Positions 13,291-27,086 are shown, counted from the stretch's first letter. The stretch is 64,000 nt of DNA from Octopus vulgaris (GCA_951406725.2 OX597816.1:96906001-96970000); one strand, 5' to 3'. Notes: generated from the letters alone by a model not told the origin. Program-made: numbers and translations.

Positions 13291-13572
13291 GAGAGCAGGG
13301 TGTAATTTTGAGAGATTAGGCTGCTATTTCGAGCCGGTCGAGTGCCTGCGTTTGAAGCTCCCACGATGGCTCGTAATAATAATACATAGTCAGCTTTATG
13401 TAATAGTCGAATGAGATAGAGAAGATTAAAGACATAGCCAATATTATTAATGTTATCCTTTGCAATATAAAAGAAAAAAAATGATCTCATTTTATCAAAA
13501 GATATAACAAGAAACAAGTTTTACTTATTTATTAGCAGTCAGTTTTTTTTTGTGTGTATGTGTTTGTTCTGA

Positions 13573-13579
13573 ATGATGA

Positions 13580-13671
<92 letters not shown>

Positions 13672-13692
13672 GTGATGGTGGTGATGATGATG

Positions 13693-13724
<32 letters not shown>

Positions 13725-13810
13725 GATGTTGGTGTTGATGTTGGCATCGGCGGCGTCGGCGGCGGTGGTGGTGATGGTAGTGGTGGAACTGACGACGACG
13801 ACGACGATGA
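13573..13810. repeat. (GAT)n/(GGT)n/(GAC)n compound trinucleotide microsatellite
   Basis: Direct reading. It gives the poly-H/D/M pseudo-ORFs. Confidence 0.97.
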
Positions 13811-14899
13811 TGTTTCTTTCCTTTGCTTGCAAGTTTGCTGACAGAACTGTCAGAGCATCGGATAAACACCATGTCGCATTTGTTCATACTCTTTATGCCA
13901 CCAGTTCAAATCCTACTTAGATCAACTTTTGCTTTTCACCATTCTGGGTGTCAATAAAATAAAATTACAAACCATGTACAGGGGTTGATTTAATCGACTA
14001 TACTCTTCATTTCATATCTCTGGTCTTGTACCAGTGTTAGGGAGATATAAAATTAAGCACCAGTGAAATACTGGAGTTGATGGTTTCGATTAACTTATTC
14101 TCTCAAATTGCTTGCTCCTTCCCTCAAACTACTTGTCAAATTAACCTTTCATTCTTTCAGAGTCGATAAAAATGTACTAGTTAAGTACTAGAGCCGATGT
14201 AATCCACTAACCCCGCCTCGTAAAAATGCAGACTTTGCATCGAAATTTAAAACCATTATCAATATTTTTATTAATTAGATGGATTGAGATGAAATCTACA
14301 GACACGGCAGTGTCATTATTCGAGCCTGTATAAAGCGTACGCGGAGTGACGAAACCATTTTGTATGCACACGAATAGTATCCGAAGGTTGCTGATTCGTG
14401 GAGTTATGTGGAACAACTACAGTCACGCGTAAGATGGATTTGGCTATCAGCTAGGTTCTTTGGGAAGACCTGCCACCTTTCGAGATTGAGAAATGCAGGC
14501 AGCTTATATCTGTTCAATGGCCTCGATGTAAGAGGTTATGTAGTAGACAAGATTGGAAAGGTTGAAGATGGATACCTTCCTGTTAAGTGACGATCCCATC
14601 AACTTTTCCAAGTTTCACTTGAAAAGTAAAGTGAAGGTAAAGAGGGAAAGTTCTGCTTCGCTGCAAATTTGTCGAAAGGTAGATGAGATTGGCGAACATG
14701 GTCCGAGTGAATGAACCTAATCTGAAATGCGTCAGTTAATTGGAGACGCACAATTTGGGAGATGGCGTGTGCCTTAGTGGTCAGGATAATCGTGGTTTTT
14801 TGGGTTTCCACGAGTAACTTTCGGAAAATTGTTTGATTTCATTGCTTTCTTCTTTTCTTTTTTTTTCTTTTTTTAAAAATTATTATTTCTGTCAGACAA

Positions 14900-15075
14900 A
14901 ATACTTAGCGGCATTTCTTCTGGTACTTTACGTTCCGAGTTCATATTCCGCCAAGGTCGACTTCACTTTTCCTCCTGTGGAGGTCGATAAAGTACCAGTC
15001 GAGCCCTGGGGTCGATGTAATCGACTCGCCCCATCCCAGGAAAATTTCAGGTCTTAGGCCTATTAGAAGAAAGGA
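14900..15075 (+). mobile_element. Degenerate Meta-like SINE (older fragments also at ~13850-14260)
   Basis: gagttcatattccgccaaggtcgacttcacttttcctcct..gaggtcgataaagtaccagt. Confidence 0.75.
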
Positions 15076-15865
15076 TCCTCCTCCTCCTCCTCCTCCTCCT
15101 CCTCCTCCTCATCATCATCATCATCGTCGTCGTCGTCGTCGACATCGTCGTTATCGTCATCGTCGCCGTCGTCGTCGTCATCGTCGTCGTCGTCGTCACC
15201 GTTGTCGTCAGGGAATCTTTATCATTATCATCAGCATCATCAACAGTATCAGCATCGGTAGTAGGAACGAAATCATCATTACCACCACCACCACCACCAC
15301 GACCACCATCACCGCCACCACCATCATCATCATCATAATCATCATCATCATTTCTTCTACATTTAAGTGAGGCGAGTTATATAAGTAACTATATTGCAGC
15401 TAACATGTTACTGTTATCCTTCCCATGTGATCGATTAATTTCACGCGTCACTAAGCACAGGATGTGCTCAATCATATCAAATATGTGTGTGTGCGTGTGT
15501 GTGTGTGTGTAGCTGTCTGTTTGTGTACAAGTGTGTGTTTATAAGTATATGCGTATGTATGTATGTATGCGTATATATACATTCACTTTTATATACCAAC
15601 TTAGACATATCTTCTACACACTCGGAGAAAACAGAACATATGTATATGAGCGTGTGTGTTTTTGTGCTCGTGTGTGTGCGTGTGTGTGCGTGTGTGTGTG
15701 TGCGCGCGTTCATGTGCGTACTTATGTACATAGACGCATATATATGTATGTGTGTGTATACTCTCTTCAACGTACCCTTTTTGTATGTATACATTAGATA
15801 TACATAAATATATGTATATACATATATACATAGATATATATAATAAATACATATATACATACCTG

Positions 15866-15907
<42 letters not shown>

Positions 15908-16865
15908 CACATATATATATATATATATACACACAGAGGCACACAAACATGCACACACACATACATCATTGTACATGTATATTGTCGTTTAACATACATT
16001 TTTCCATGCTTGAATGGGTCAGACAGAAACTATTCATGCAGATTTTCTCCGCCCAGATGCCCTTCCTGTTACCAACTCTCTCCCTTTTCTAAGAAAGGTT
16101 ACGAAAAATCCAGCACAGATCGCAAAAAGAGAGGATGCAATGGAACGTTTTTACTTCAACCGGTCACGCCCTATTCAGCATTATTACGAAAGAAATGAAA
16201 ACTATAAAACCTCAATATTGTCCCACTTGTATAACGAACAAATTCCGCTAAAAATACCCTAACGGACCACTGTCATCTGGATATATCTCACCAAACGACA
16301 ACTTCCTCACTGAGTGGGCTATAACTTCTTACGTTTGCTTTTTGTCTTCATCTTGTCTCAGACATTGAACTGCAGCCATATTGCAGCACCACAATAAAGA
16401 GTTTCCGTCGAATAAATCGATCCCTATACTTATATTTGAGGATGGTTCTTATTGTATCTATAACTTTTGTCGAACCCTACGTTATAGGAGTCTAAACGAA
16501 GGAACACTGGTTCAAGAGAGAAAATACAGTTGGGAATATAAAGATTAAGCCAACAGAAAGTATTCAACAAGAGTGATTTTCAAATAGGGTTAAAAGTTTC
16601 AAAAGACCACATATAAAACCTTATGAAATTTTATTTTAATCACGTTTTCTAACAACACATAAAATCACACTAAAATTTTTTCTATCTTAATCAAGTGCAG
16701 CGAAACAAAAACAACACTCACAGCTATGTTGAAGCTCATAACCATAAGCATTAAAATTCTCAAAATAACACAATCTCACTTAAGCAGCTGTATACTCTTA
16801 TACTCCTTAATATACAAACAAACTACACGGAGGCAAAAAAATTAGTAGACACGCAAACATACATG

Positions 16866-16899
<34 letters not shown>

Positions 16900-16996
16900 T
16901 GTATGTATGTATCTATACACACATTATATAAATACATACAAAAGCATACATATACACGCAACATAAATACGCATACATACAAATGTATGCAACGAA

Positions 16997-17039
<43 letters not shown>

Positions 17040-17077
17040 ATATATATAGGTGCCTAGGGATAGATATATACATATCT

Positions 17078-17259
<182 letters not shown>

Positions 17260-17352
17260 AAAATACAGAGTAGAGGAAATTGAAAATGCAAATCATTGGC
17301 AGTAAAACATATTCCCGAACGCATTAATGAAGATATTCAATCAATTATACGT

Positions 17353-17432
<80 letters not shown>

Positions 17433-17765
17433 TTCCTACGCATGCATTGTTTGGGTTTATCAGCTGATAGTTTTTACACCATTTTACATATAGTCATGGT
17501 CAGGCTATTCAATTCACCTTATGTTCGTTTCAGGTGCGTGATGTTGATAAGTCACAAAAATGACGAAACATCGATGACCATCACTCACAATTAGAACTCA
17601 GGGTGAGTGGCTTTGCCTGTCTTTGACTGATTTTAGGTATTTTAACACCTGGCACTGTGTAGGAGTCATCTCCAACGCCTCAATTCGCTGCTGACCGGTG
17701 AAGAATCAAAGCACATACATTGAATATGTGAGTTCGGTATTATATACACATATGTATATGTATAC

Positions 17766-17832
<67 letters not shown>

Positions 17833-18854
17833 CACATACTTACATGCATGTATAAATTCACACACACACGCACATACACACAAACCCCGCACCACACGCA
17901 CACACACACGTACGGATACACACACACACATACACCTGTACACTCAGACATAGATACTCACTTAGATATGAGTGGATACATACATACATACATACATACC
18001 AGAATATAGGCATATTATATATATATATGTATGTATATATCCTTTAAGTTTGCTTATGTGAAGCGTTTTTGAGTGCGCTCATTAAAAGCTACTATGATAT
18101 TTATTCTGGCTACCGCTTATTATTTCCATCTTTCAGAGTAATTTTATTGGCTGGTTATTAGTTTGGTGCCACTATAGCGTAGGATGACTGTAGTAAAGGC
18201 GAGAATGTATGTGCTCGTTTCTTCAGGCAAAAAATTGCATTAGTATTTTGGTTGTATCGAATTGTTAACTTAGGTACTGTTAAATATCCCTCAGCTAAAC
18301 ATTCGATACAACTAGATCACTAAGGCAAATTTTGTCCAAGGAAACTAGTACATTAATGTTTCCCCCTTATAAATCTATGGATATTGCTAATCATATTTGT
18401 AATATCCTATGGATGGAGAATGCAAGAACAAAAACATGATTTGTGGAAACGTACGTAGCAATGCATTAAAGGTCTTATGAAACCCATGCGTACAAATGCA
18501 TACATGTAAATATAGATATCTTAATATAACAAATATGTAAAGACGGTCATATAGAAGCATATGGATATAAACATATAGCTGCTTCATGATGACTAAAAGT
18601 AAACAATTTTTCCACATTGAATTTGGCAACTAGATTGTAAAAGTAAATTTAATGAAGCACGTATGACAAAGTAGAGGCAGACAGGAGTACATAGAGGCTT
18701 CCATGTGTAGAATTACAGAATCATGCGGTCGTTAGAACGCAGCAACTTTAATAATATGTGATAAGTTATTTAGGTGTGAAATATGGGTATAGTACACTGG
18801 AATGATATACATCAATGTACAAAAAGTATTTTTGCAACTAGCAGAATGTAAGAA

Positions 18855-19330
18855 TATGGTCTAATACATTATTTATTACTAAAGTGACACAAAATTATGG
18901 TTAACCGAGATAGAGAATTATTCATTTATTGATCTAGGTGATAAAGTTCATTAGTGTAGGTTTAATAATCAAGTGTAAGATAAGGTATAATTAGCATATG
19001 GTAACAACTTGTATTTAAGACGCAAACATGAATGGGTATCAAGTATTTCTATAAATAACGGAATGTAGTTTTATACGTTGTCTATCACTTAAGTGAAAAC
19101 AAATTATGGTTAAGAAGGTAGGGACTTATTCAATTGTATTAATTTAAGTAATAAAATGACTGGATATGCTCTAATACATTATCTGTTACTAGGGTTAGAT
19201 CAAATCATGATTAACTAAGGAAGGAAATTATTCATTTCTATTGATCTGGGTTATAAATTTTACTAATGTAGGTGCAATGATTAAGTGTAAGTTTAGGTAT
19301 AACTAGCATACAGGAAAAATTTGTATTAAC
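18855..19330. repeat. Old diverged tandem duplication (period ~310 bp)
   Basis: tctaatacattat...aattattcattt.ttgatct.gg...aagtgtaag..taggtataa.tagcata occurs at ~18860-19020 and ~19170-19330. Confidence 0.6.
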
Positions 19331-21003
19331 CCTTCTGCTCATGTGGCAGAACTCCATTTTTTCCGGATGTTCGTACATTGACTCTGCGAGTATTCCAGTC
19401 AATAATTTCCACATAAGTGGCAGACAGGATATCGGACTGTAATTGTCTACCGTATTGCCTTTCTCGATGTTTTTCCAGCACAGCACTGTCCTACCCAATG
19501 TCAACCACTCTGGTGTTACATGGTCGGCATTTAACTAGGTGTTGAGTTGCGCAGCTATTCGTGCATGATATTCACCAAATCTTTTGATCCAGTGGCATTG
19601 AACTCCATGTGGTCCCGGGTCCTTCCAGTTGCTCCTCTTTTTGCTGATTTCCTTCATTTCCCTAACTGAAATGACTAGTTCTGCCTGTTTTGGACATACT
19701 ACTGTTTGTTTCAGTTCTTGGAACCATTCACCATCCTTCTTGTGCTCCTTGTCCTTGCTCCAGATGTCACTCCAAAACCTTTGACTTTCATTGTTTTCCG
19801 GTATCAACTTTTCATCTGTACACTCTGCATTTATTTCTTTATAGAATCTCTTCTGATCTACACTGAATAATCTATTCTGGTATTAACTCTTCATTCTTTA
19901 GTCGTATCTTACTATATTTGCTTTCTTTGCAACGAGGCGCTGCTTCAGTTATTCCATTACCACTTTCAGGCCCTTTCTTTTAATATTATACTTCCTTTTC
20001 AGTGCTCTGTATTTTTGTTCGCTTTTAAGCTTCTCTTTCTTGTTTCGATCTAACACAGAAATTTCCTTCGAGACCAAATTTAACCTTGCCTATATTCTGT
20101 CTTTTCTTTTGTCACTCCCATTGTATTTCTTTTTCTTGACATCAACACCCACATTTTCTCCTATAACAATACTTACTGCCTTGATCAAATTATTTGTTTC
20201 TGTGATTTTGTTTGTTTTGATGTATTTCAGAATTTCATTTAAATTTTTCGTTTCTTGGTTCAATTTCCATCGATCAAACTTTTTAATGTTACAAATAATG
20301 TCGTTATCGTTCTACTGTAGTCTTGCCTTTATTCTGTCGTAGATTGCCTTTTGTTCATCTGTAATGTTGCCATTAGTTTTATTGTCTTCTTTTAGATCAT
20401 CTATATGTCTCTCATCAAGTAAACTGCCACTGCTCTTTTCCTGTGCTATGAAATTACTCTTATTAGTAAGCACAGTATTTTCATTGTTATCTCTGCTGCT
20501 ATTTTCCAAGACCCGTCTTTTGATAGCTTCGAGCACTACTTCTGTGAACCAACGATTTTTCCCTATTGCTCTAGCTTGATCACACAGTCTTTGTTTCGTG
20601 AGTTGAAACAATCCCTTTTCCCTCACATGAGCATTCGTACGTTATCGGTAACCCCTAATATGAGCACCATTTTCATCTACCTGGATGCTCAGGTAGTAAC
20701 ACTCCATGACCACAGCATTAATTTGCTTGCTCCATCTATGCCGTGTGTGGTGGTCCCTTTCTGGATATCGACAGGCTGGAGCCGGACCAGAATCTCTGAG
20801 CTTGCCGGGTGCAACACTGTCACCATCAATGGCTTCATTTTCATTACCACCGTTATTCACAATATTTTGTGTATTCATTGTCACTCATATGAGGTAGCGA
20901 TTATCAGGTTGCGCAATTACCAGTGTTTTTATTATGACACCATCACAAGATGTATCATTAATGAGGAAATGTGGAGTTTCGGGGAAACTCTACTCGCTTC
21001 TTT
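19329..21003 (-). mobile_element. R4/Dong-clade non-LTR retrotransposon, 5' half (N-terminus plus start of RT), decayed
   Basis: Frameshifted pieces: WSKQINAVVMECYYLS..RGYR; QRLCDQARAIGKNRWFTEVVLEAIK; KDPGPHGVQCHWIK; LGRTVL..GNTVDNYSPISCLPLMWKLLTGILA; LPHEQKG. The 5' end abuts (TTA)n at 21005-21055. Confidence 0.85.
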
Positions 21004-21007
21004 CATT

Positions 21008-21055
<48 letters not shown>

Positions 21056-21950
21056 GAGTGAGAGAGCAGTTCATGCCATCAAAGTGACACTGGGGTAAAA
21101 TATACGAAGCCCAATATACCCATCATGACTACCCGTCTGATAAAGGTACACCAGGCACATGCATCACAACCATATGTGCGCGACATGGTGATCTTATATC
21201 AAGATAAACAGCACATGACCTTGCAGGTGGGGCCCAGTTAGAATTTTCTTCAGGTTGAGTAACCCATCCCGCTCAAACGGTCCCTGAATAAGGGTTGTTT
21301 AAGGATGTTGAAAGAACCACCCATGTTTCCAGAGGTGAACTATTCAAACCCCAAAGAATCCCTCTCAACACATGGCTATGATGCTCCCCCACTACTTCTG
21401 CTCGTGATCAGAGATGCACATATCGTCAGCCACTAAGGGACATGCTCAACTGGTTAAGGTCAAACAACTGACAAGCAAATCTGTGGTATTGAGCAGAATA
21501 TTTGCTGTAGCCCATCTTTTATACCAAGACAAAACAATGTACATGATAACACTTCCAATCAGTTAAGATCAGAAGCCATGAGAGCCACTGCCTGGTACTA
21601 CATCAGGGCATGACAAAACAATGTACATGATAACACTTCCAATCAGTTAAGATCAGAAGCCATGAGAGCCACTGCCTGGTACTACATCAGGGCATGACAA
21701 AACAACGTACATGATAACACTTCCAATCAGTTAAGATCAGAAGCCATGAGAGCCACTGCCTGGTACTACATCAGGGCATTGCCTGGTACTACATCAGGGC
21801 ATTGCCTGGTACTACATCAGGGCATTGCCTGGTACTACATCAGGGCATTGCCTGGTACTACATCAGGGCATTGCCTGGTACTACATCAGGGCATTGCCTG
21901 GTACTACATCAGGGCATTGCCTGGTACTACATCAGGGCATTTACCTGGGC

Positions 21951-21953
<3 letters not shown>
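21056..21953 (-). mobile_element. Non-coding (TAA)n-inserted retroposon, copy 1, with tandem reiterations at one end
   Basis: Highly similar to 25907-26372. Bounded by (TTA)n on both sides. Contains 3 x 84-bp units (starting 21528, 21612, 21696) and 8 x 23-bp units (21757-21940). Confidence 0.8.
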
Positions 21954-22014
<61 letters not shown>

Positions 22015-22026
22015 GTTATAACCTTG

Positions 22027-22384
22027 GCGGTTGGATGGAACCTACACTCGCCTCCTTATGAGAGCTCAAAATCTCTCGTGGAAGCGCCATCCAACCAAAA
22101 TGCAAATATATGGGAAACTACCACCTGTGTCATCTCTTGTGAAAGGTAAGGGAGTCCAGTTTGCTGGACATTGTTGTAGAGCTGAAAAGAGGTAATTTCT
22201 ACTCTTCTCCTCTGGAAGCCATCTACTCGCAATACCAGAGGGCGCACACTCTCCTACCCTGATGTAATCTCCAGGGATACAGGCATCCAGTAACAGGACC
22301 TCCGTAATGTCATGATGGACCGTGAAGTCTGGCGTAGCATGGTAAATTCCATTGTCTCGACCACGGTCGAACAATGATGAATGA
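22027..22384 (+). mobile_element. 3' fragment of an RTE/RTE-X-like LINE
   Basis: Translates RLDGTYTRLLMRAQNLSWKRHPTKMQIYGKLPPVSSLV..VQFAGHCCRAE..., then LLWKP..RGR..YPDVISRDTG..MMDREVWRSMV, with a (TGA) tail. Confidence 0.8.
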
Positions 22385-22404
22385 TTATTATTATTATTAT
22401 TATT

Positions 22405-24083
22405 CAGTAGTTTTATTTTTATTTTTATAGCGTGCTTTCACTTCACTACCGAGCGCAGCTCTGTGTGCCTTGGGTATGTGCTGTGATTTGTTGTGATGCT
22501 CTGATGGTTATTGTATGGAAAGTGTTCTGCGTAGGATGTGGGCAGTGCCTAGTAGTGCAATTTTCTGTATGTTATATGTGTTTGTAAGTCCTGGTGTTTT
22601 TGTTATGTATTTGTCTGAATATTTTTTTATCATGCCTAATGCACCTACTATGATAGGAGTTGTTTCTGTTTTCAGATTCCACATTCTAGTTACCTCTATT
22701 TCCAGGTCTTTGTATTTTGAGAGTTTCTCCATTTCTTTTAGAGACACGTTGTCATCTGCCGGTATTGATACATCAATTAAAAAGCATTTTTTTCTTCATG
22801 ATCTCTGACAACTATATCTGGTCTGTTGGCCTTAATTTCTCTATCTGTGTGTATCGGCATATCCCAGAGTATGGTTGCTTTCTCGTTTTCTGTGACCTTT
22901 TCTGGTGTGTGCCTATACCATCTTTTTTCTGTTGTTATTCCATAATGTTGGCATAGCTTCCAATGTATGTAGGTTCCAACTCTGTCATGTCTGTGAATAT
23001 ATTCCTTCTTAGCCAGGACTGGGCAGCTAGAGATAATATGATTTATTGTTTCTTGTCCATCTCCACATATTCTGCAGTTACTTGTAATATTTCTTTTCAT
23101 TACATGTTTTTGGTAATTTCTGGTGGGGAGGCTTTGGTCCTGTGCTGCAATTAAAAATCCCTCTGTTTCTGCTTTGAGTCCTGAGCTTCTCAACCATTGC
23201 TGGGATTTTTCTTTGTCTATTTCTTTTGCGTTTAGTTTAGTGCAGTATTTACCATGAAGGGGCTTTTCTTGCCATCGTTTTATCATGGTTCGTTGCTGTT
23301 CTGTTTTTAGTTTGGATTTCATTTGTTTTATAGCTTTTGTTGTTTCTTCATCTTCTTCTTCTTCTTCATGTTTATTAGGTGGTATGATTTCTTGTTTGTA
23401 TTTGTCAGCTTCCTTAAATACTGAGAACAGTTTTTTGTTTTGCTCGTGTTTTGCCGCTATCTGGATCAGTTTTCCTTCCTTCTGAAGTAGATATTTTTGC
23501 AGTCCTATGGTGGTTATTTTATAGTAGTTTTCCAGCTGTATAAGGACTCTACCACCTTCCATACGTTGTATATATAGTCTTTCTATGTCAGATTTTGGGT
23601 GATGCATCCTAGATCCTGTCATTATTTTTCTTGTTTTCCTATCTATTTTGGTCAGTTCATTTCGTGTCCAGTTAAGGATATTGTAGCTGTAACTTATAAC
23701 TGGGACAGCTAAAGTGTTGATACCTATTATCTTGTTTTTAGCATTGAGCTCTGTGTTTAGTATTGATCTAACTCGTCTATAATATTCTTTTTTTTTTCTC
23801 TTTCATTTGTGTGTGTTGTGTCTTATCTAGTTCATGGATTCCTAAGTATTTGTAAGTTTGGCTTTGGTCTAATTCTTTTATTTCATTGGTTTTATCTAGT
23901 GTGATGTTGTTACTCTTAACTAGTTTTCCTCTTTTCATGGTTACTTTGGCGCATTTTTCTAATCCAAATTTCATATCTATTTCTTTGGTAAATCCATGAA
24001 CTGTCTTTAATAGTGTTTCCAGCTGTTTGTCATTTGCAGCGTATAGTTTTAGGTCATCCATATATAAAAGGTGGCTGATCGTT
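22405..24083 (-). mobile_element. R4/Dong non-LTR retrotransposon, 5'-truncated copy A (RT C-half, CCHC zinc knuckle, restriction-like endonuclease)
   Basis: SHLLYMDDLKLYA; YKYLGI; CRICGDGQETINHIISSC; RHD; RPDIVV..IDVSIP..EKLSKYKDL. Ends in (TAA)n and is truncated into (TAA)n. Confidence 0.93.
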
Positions 24084-24091
24084 TATTATTA

Positions 24092-24181
<90 letters not shown>

Positions 24182-24184
<3 letters not shown>

Positions 24185-25832
24185 TAGTTTTATTTTTATA
24201 GCGTGTTTTCACTTCACTACCGAGCGCAGCTCTGTGTGCCTTGGGTATGTGTTGTAATTTGTTGTGATGCTCTGATGGTTATTGTATGGAAAGTGTTCTG
24301 CGTAGGATGTGGGCAGTGCCTAGTAGTGCAATTTTCTGTATGTTATATGTGTTTGTAAGTCCTGGTGTTTTTGTTATGTATTTGTCTGAATATTTTTTTA
24401 TCATGCCTAATGCACCTGATAGGAATTGTTTCTGTTTTCAGATTCCACATTCTAGTTACCTCTATTTCCAGGTCTTTGTATTTTGAGAGTTTCTCCATTT
24501 CTTTTAGAGAAACGTTGTCATCTGCCGGTATTGATACATCAATTAGAAAGCATTTTTTTCTTCATGATCTCTGACAACTATATCTGGTCTGTTGGCCTTA
24601 ATTTCTCTATCTGTGTGTATCGGTATATCCCAGAGTACGGTTGCTTTCTCGTTTTCTGTGACCTTTTCTGGTGTGTGCCTATGCCATCTTTTTTCTGTTG
24701 TTATTCCATAATGTTGGCATAGCTTCCAATGTATGTAGGTTCCAACTCTGTCATGTCTGTGAATATATTCCTTCTTAGCCAGGACTGGGCAGCTAGAGAT
24801 AATATGATTTATTGTTTCTTGTCCATCTCCACATATTCTGCAGTTACTTGTAATATTTCTTTTCATTACATGTTTTTGGTAATTTCTGGTGGGGAGGCTT
24901 TGGTCTTGTGCTGCAATTAAAAATCCCTCTGTTTCTGCTTTGAGTCCTGAGCTTCTCAACCATTGCTGGGATTTTTCTTTGTCTATTTCTTTTGTGTTTA
25001 GTTTAGTCCAGTATTTACCATGAAGGGGCTTTTCTTGCCATCGTTTTATCATAGTTCGTTGCTGTTCTATTTTTAGTTTGGATTTCATTTGTTTTATAGC
25101 TCTTGTTGTTTCTTCTTCTTCTTCTTCTTCTTCTTCTTCTTCTTCTTCTTCTTCTTCTTCTTCTTCTTCTTCTTCTTCTTCTTCTTCTTCTTCTTCTTCT
25201 TCTTCATCATGTTTATTAGGTGGTATGATTTCTTGTTTGTATTTGTCAGCTTCCTTAAATACTGAGAACAGTTTTTTGTTTTGCTCGTGTTTTGCCGCTA
25301 TCTGGATCAGTTTTCCTTCCTTCTGAAGTAGATATTTTTGCAGTCCTATGGTGGTCATTTTATAGTAGTTTTCCAGCTGTATAAGGCCTCTACCACCTTC
25401 TATACGTTGTATATATAGTCTTTCTATGTCAGATTTTGGGTGATGCATCCTAGATCCTGTCATTATTTTTCTTGTTTTCCTGTCTATTTTGGTCAGTTCA
25501 TTTCGTGTCCAGTTAAGGATATTGTAGCTGTAACTTATAACTGGGACAGCTAAAGTGTTGATACCTATTATCTTGTTTTTAGCATTGAGCTCTGTTTTTA
25601 GTATTGATCTAACTCGTCTATAATATTCTTTTTTTTATTTTCTCTTTCATTTGTGTGTGTTGTGTCTTATCTAGTTCATGGATTCCTAAGTATTTGTAAG
25701 TTTGGCTTTGGTCTAATTCTTTTATTTCATTGGTTTTATCTAGTGTGATGTTGTTACTCTTAACTAGTTTTCCTTTTTTTCATGGTTACTTTGGCGCATT
25801 TTTCTAATCCAAATTTCATATCTATTTCTTTG

Positions 25833-25835
<3 letters not shown>
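24182..25835 (-). mobile_element. R4/Dong non-LTR retrotransposon, 5'-truncated copy B
   Basis: Near-identical to copy A with the same 3' end. In-frame (GAA)n expansion. Flanked by (TAA)n. Confidence 0.93.
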
Positions 25836-25906
<71 letters not shown>

Positions 25907-26367
25907 GAGTGAGAGAGCAGTGCATGCCATCAAAGTGACACTGGGGTAAAATATACGAAGTCAAGTATACCCATCATGACTACCCGTCTGATAAGGGTAC
26001 ACCAGGAACATGCATCACAACCATATGTGCGCGACATGGTGATCTTATATCAAGATAGACAACGCGTGACCTTGCAGGTGGGGCCCAGTTAGAATTTTCT
26101 TCAGGTCGAGTAGCCCATCCCGCTCAAACGGTCCCTGAATAAGGGTTGTTTAAGGATGTTGAACGAAACACCCATGTTTCCAGAGGTGAATTATTCAAAC
26201 CCCAAATAATTCCTCTCAACACATGGCTATGATGCTCCCCCACTACTTCTGCTCGTGATCAGAGATGCACATATCGTCAGCCACTAAGGGACATGCTCAA
26301 CTGGTTAAGGTCAAACAACTGACAAGCAAATCTGTGGTATTGAGCAGAATATTTGCTGTAGCCCATC

Positions 26368-26372
<5 letters not shown>
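25907..26372 (-). mobile_element. Non-coding (TAA)n-inserted retroposon, copy 2 (truncated)
   Basis: Same gagtgagagagcag terminus as 21056. Ends early at gcccatctttt followed by (ATT)n. Confidence 0.8.
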
Positions 26373-26409
<37 letters not shown>

Positions 26410-26843
26410 ACACGTACGCACACTTATATAAACGTACCCAATAAGTGTGAGTTACAATGGAATGGAATTGATATTTTACACCATCATCACTTTGAGTTAC
26501 ACATTATCCTGTTTTTACAAAATGACGGAACATTTTATCATGATATACTTGTTCATTTTATAAAGATATCACCTATTTGGTAACATGCGACTTATACTTC
26601 TGGAGATTCTAAAATTTGAAGTTTAACATTGAAAAGATTTAGATATAATGATAAGAAATTAAACCTGACTAAATGGGGAAAAATGCGAGATGAATAAAAG
26701 CAAATATAAATAACATAAAAATATGAGAAAGAAGAGATTGTACGCGGTCGGTAATACACCGAAAAATGATAATTATCACTAGTTAACAACGATGGTGTTA
26801 GGCCTCAAAATTATGTAATTGTTATGACTTGTAATTGAAAGAA

Positions 26844-26890
<47 letters not shown>

Positions 26891-26922
26891 GAGAGAAAAG
26901 GTTGTTGCTGTTCTTCTTCTTC

Positions 26923-26975
26923 CCACCACCACCACCACCACCACCACCACCACCACCATCACCACCACCACCACC

Positions 26976-27028
<53 letters not shown>

Positions 27029-27029
27029 C

Positions 27030-27086
<57 letters not shown>

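Noticed and set aside
14280-14830. Higher-complexity stretch as a host exon or TE ORF
   Set aside because: No recognisable motifs or supported splice structure. It is left unannotated.
21757-21940. 23-bp repeat array as a CRISPR
   Set aside because: Units are contiguous with no spacers, there are no cas genes, and the context is eukaryotic.
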